A stretch of DNA of 64,000 nt, taken from assembly GCA_905178155.1 (NCBI GenBank), contig CAJINV010000005.1, positions 860,564-924,563 of the forward strand, given 5' to 3'. Positions 61,800-64,000 of this stretch are shown piece after piece. Position 1 is the first letter of the stretch, and each line of letters starts with the position of its first letter. Position numbers and translations under genes: made by a program. The notes beneath the pieces were generated by a model. The model was not told where the DNA came from and ran no database searches. It saw only the letters and a list, made by a program, of their open reading frames with translations. This DNA is from Amoebophrya sp. A120. Taxonomy: Eukaryota > Protista > Dinoflagellata.

Positions 61800-64000
61800 T
61801 CAAATACTTAAACAAAGAGTCATCACTTCAATGCACGACGCAAGACCTTCCCAGTCATCTTGTTTGTGACGCAGAGTCGTCGTGTGACCCAAGAACTCTG
61901 CAAATGAATCATCATAGTCCCCTTCTGTATAAATCAAAAGCAACTGACTCTAGGTGTTATATGTAAGTACTTACCCTTCGCGGCGTTGGCCCAGACTTCC
62001 TTCATGCGCTTCATGTCTTCCTCGTATGTGGCCTGGTCTTGCTGAATGTAGAGGAAGTAGTTCATCTTCGGGGTCAGAGTGCCCCACACGCCCTGCGGCT
62101 CTTCCTGAATGTACAAATGCTCCTCGTCCCCAACAAATTCGCGGACCTTGATTTTTTTCAGAAGTAAAAACATTTTTTTCTTCATGGAACCCCCGCCCAT
62201 TACATGAGAACAATCTGGTGCGTCGTGGCAAATGACAAATTGCGGGAACACTTCTTTCATCTCATGGTGCGAATGAGAATTATTTTTCATTTTGAATGCA
62301 AGCGCGTGATAATAGAACACGACGAAAAAAATTGAAATTCACTGTTCTCTGTACCGACAAGTGCATGAAGGAGTTCGGCATGACGGCGGAGATGCAGTAC
62401 ACGTCGTCGATGTCCTTCTGGGTCAGTATCCTATGTAAAAACGTCCCCACCCCAGAGTCAAGATGGGGATTTTGCAACGCAAACCTTCAAGTTTTGGGAA
62501 CCACGCATGACAAATTGCAGGTTGTAGTGCAGTGCAGTTTAGCAAGGGAAGCCGCATAACAAATCGATCTCCTTATGCTGTTTACAGCATTACAAGTTCC
62601 AAAACACGACTGATAGTGATAATGCCCCTCATGGGATCGCGCATTACAAACGCTCTTGTGCTTGCAGATCTGCATCACAACTCTTGGGTGGGGACGTTTT
62701 TACTCAGGATAGTCAGCTTTCCGTCCTCTGACAGTGTAAAGGGCTCGGCGTAGTCGACATACCTGCCAGGTGGATGTTCAAAAAAGGATCGATCATCTTC
62801 CGTTGAGAAGGAGGATCCAGTTCTTGCGACGTACACTGCATGTCAAATGACAGCGTTCAAACGGGTTTATTAAAGGGAGCTATCTCATGAAAAAAGACGC
62901 AAAAGAACTCGCTAGTACTTGATGATGACATCGTTGTCTCCTGCCTCCTTCGGTCCATCGCGCTCCTTGACGGTTATCGTCACGCCCTCTAGTGTATCAA
63001 CTGCAAATACGTCTGTGTCTCCTGGAAAGTTCTACTATTTTGCGAGACTGTAAATGATAAGCGCACTGGAATTGCACGCAGCAAAGCATGACAAGTCTTT
63101 GAGCTGGTGTGTGTTGCGTATTCTCCATGCATGGTAAGACTAGTTTTGCAAGACAGGAAGAAGGACCTTGTTCTCGTGTCCATGCAACACAGCCTTCAGA
63201 ATTATGTCAGACAAGCATCGCAAATCTTGCTATTTTCCGGATCCAGACATATTTGCAGTTCATATGGTGGTTTTGTCGAGGCTGCCTTGCGCGCTGCCGC
63301 CTGGCCCTCGGCATACCTAGAGTGAGGTAGAGCATTTTCGGCATCCAAGTAGAAATTATACTTTCGTATCACGAATCGATTCGCTGGGTCGTGTCAACAT
63401 GCTCATCGACGGATCTGTTCCTAGCGCCAGCCGATTTTTATTATGATTATACATTCTTTCCGCTGTGCAAAGATCATAAGCTTCAAATACAGAATATCCT
63501 CTATTTCCGACATAGTAGAGTAAGTACGCTGCTTTCTTGGCATCCACTTCGGCCTTGTGCGCGCCTTCTTTTGCTGCTTTCTCCGCTTCTGCAGCTTTCC
63601 TGGCTCTCTCCTCTTCCATCATGCGCTCCCTTTTGGCTGCCTCTGCTGCCTCCTGGGCGGCAATGTCAGCGCGCTGTTTTGATAAAAATTACAACCAAAA
63701 ATCTGATTTATTCCTTTATTGTTGCTCCGGACTTATTTGTAGTTCACAGCTACTTACCGGCCCTGTATCGACACACGACGAAGACGATTCACAATATCGA
63801 ACATTTTTCAAGCATGTGATGAAGAGCGAGCGCAGAACAGAAGTCCTCCTCACTTTTAAATGACAAAAAAATCAGTACCATTTCCTCCGCCGTCTTGGAA
63901 AAGACGATGTCGTACTTTTTCCCGGACTTGGACTTTCTCAGGTGTGGGAGCGTCAGGTTGGAAAGCGACAAAAAGGAAAAAGTTTGTGATGCATTGGATC
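61800..64000 (-). CDS. Multi-exon hypothetical protein, 5' end beyond the window
   Basis: Exon-like segments (63356-63680 charged coiled-coil; EGVTITVKERDG; KLTQKDIDDVYC; VREFVGDEEHLYIQEEP) linked by GT-AG introns and two introners. Confidence 0.6.
62427..62711. mobile_element. Introner family B, 285 bp
   Basis: Family B TIRs; TSD GTCAG. Join EDGKLT-QKDIDD. Confidence 0.9.
62995..63264. mobile_element. Diverged family A introner, 270 bp
   Basis: TATCAACTGCAAATACGTCTG / CAGACATATTTGCAGTTCATA; TSD TAGTG/TGGTG (4/5). Join ASTKPP-EGVTIT. Confidence 0.85.

Noticed and set aside
5581-63330. Recurrent peptides in the ORF track (MSGSGR, CKNVWVWK, FQTQTFLH, LPDPDIFA, KCLGLE) suggesting a repeated protein domain
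   Set aside because: They are the six-frame translations of the family A TIR, not protein.
1-64000. tRNA, rRNA, snRNA, spliced-leader genes or an autonomous transposase
   Set aside because: None recognised by eye. A covariance-model or HMM search would be needed to exclude them.

Overview
Eukaryotic, intron-rich genomic DNA in which every recognisable gene (about 15) is on the minus strand. The dominant feature is a set of about 25 short (148-379 bp) TIR-bounded elements in at least six families. Almost all start TAT and end ATA, carry a 5-bp target-site duplication (TSD), and sit inside coding exons; removing the element plus one TSD restores the reading frame in every intact copy I traced by hand. 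These are non-canonical introner-type introns. Together with the gene co-orientation they suggest the syndinian dinoflagellate parasite Amoebophrya (inference). Recognisable genes: a large PA14/LNR type-I membrane protein, an EF-hand protein with 12 RRNA(V/I) PKA-pseudosubstrate-like repeats, an Aurora-like kinase, a class-3 lipase, a phytol/dolichol-kinase-like protein, a TBC Rab-GAP, HTATSF1/Cus2 and ALG5. Most notable: (i) a 4.4-kb locus in the lipase gene holding four copies of one micro-exon in different intron-occupancy states; (ii) an 8-mer shared by otherwise unrelated introner families; (iii) introners inserted as heterotypic pairs 29-51 nt apart; (iv) the multivalent PKI-like protein. 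Coordinates and splice joins were read manually and not checked against transcripts or databases.
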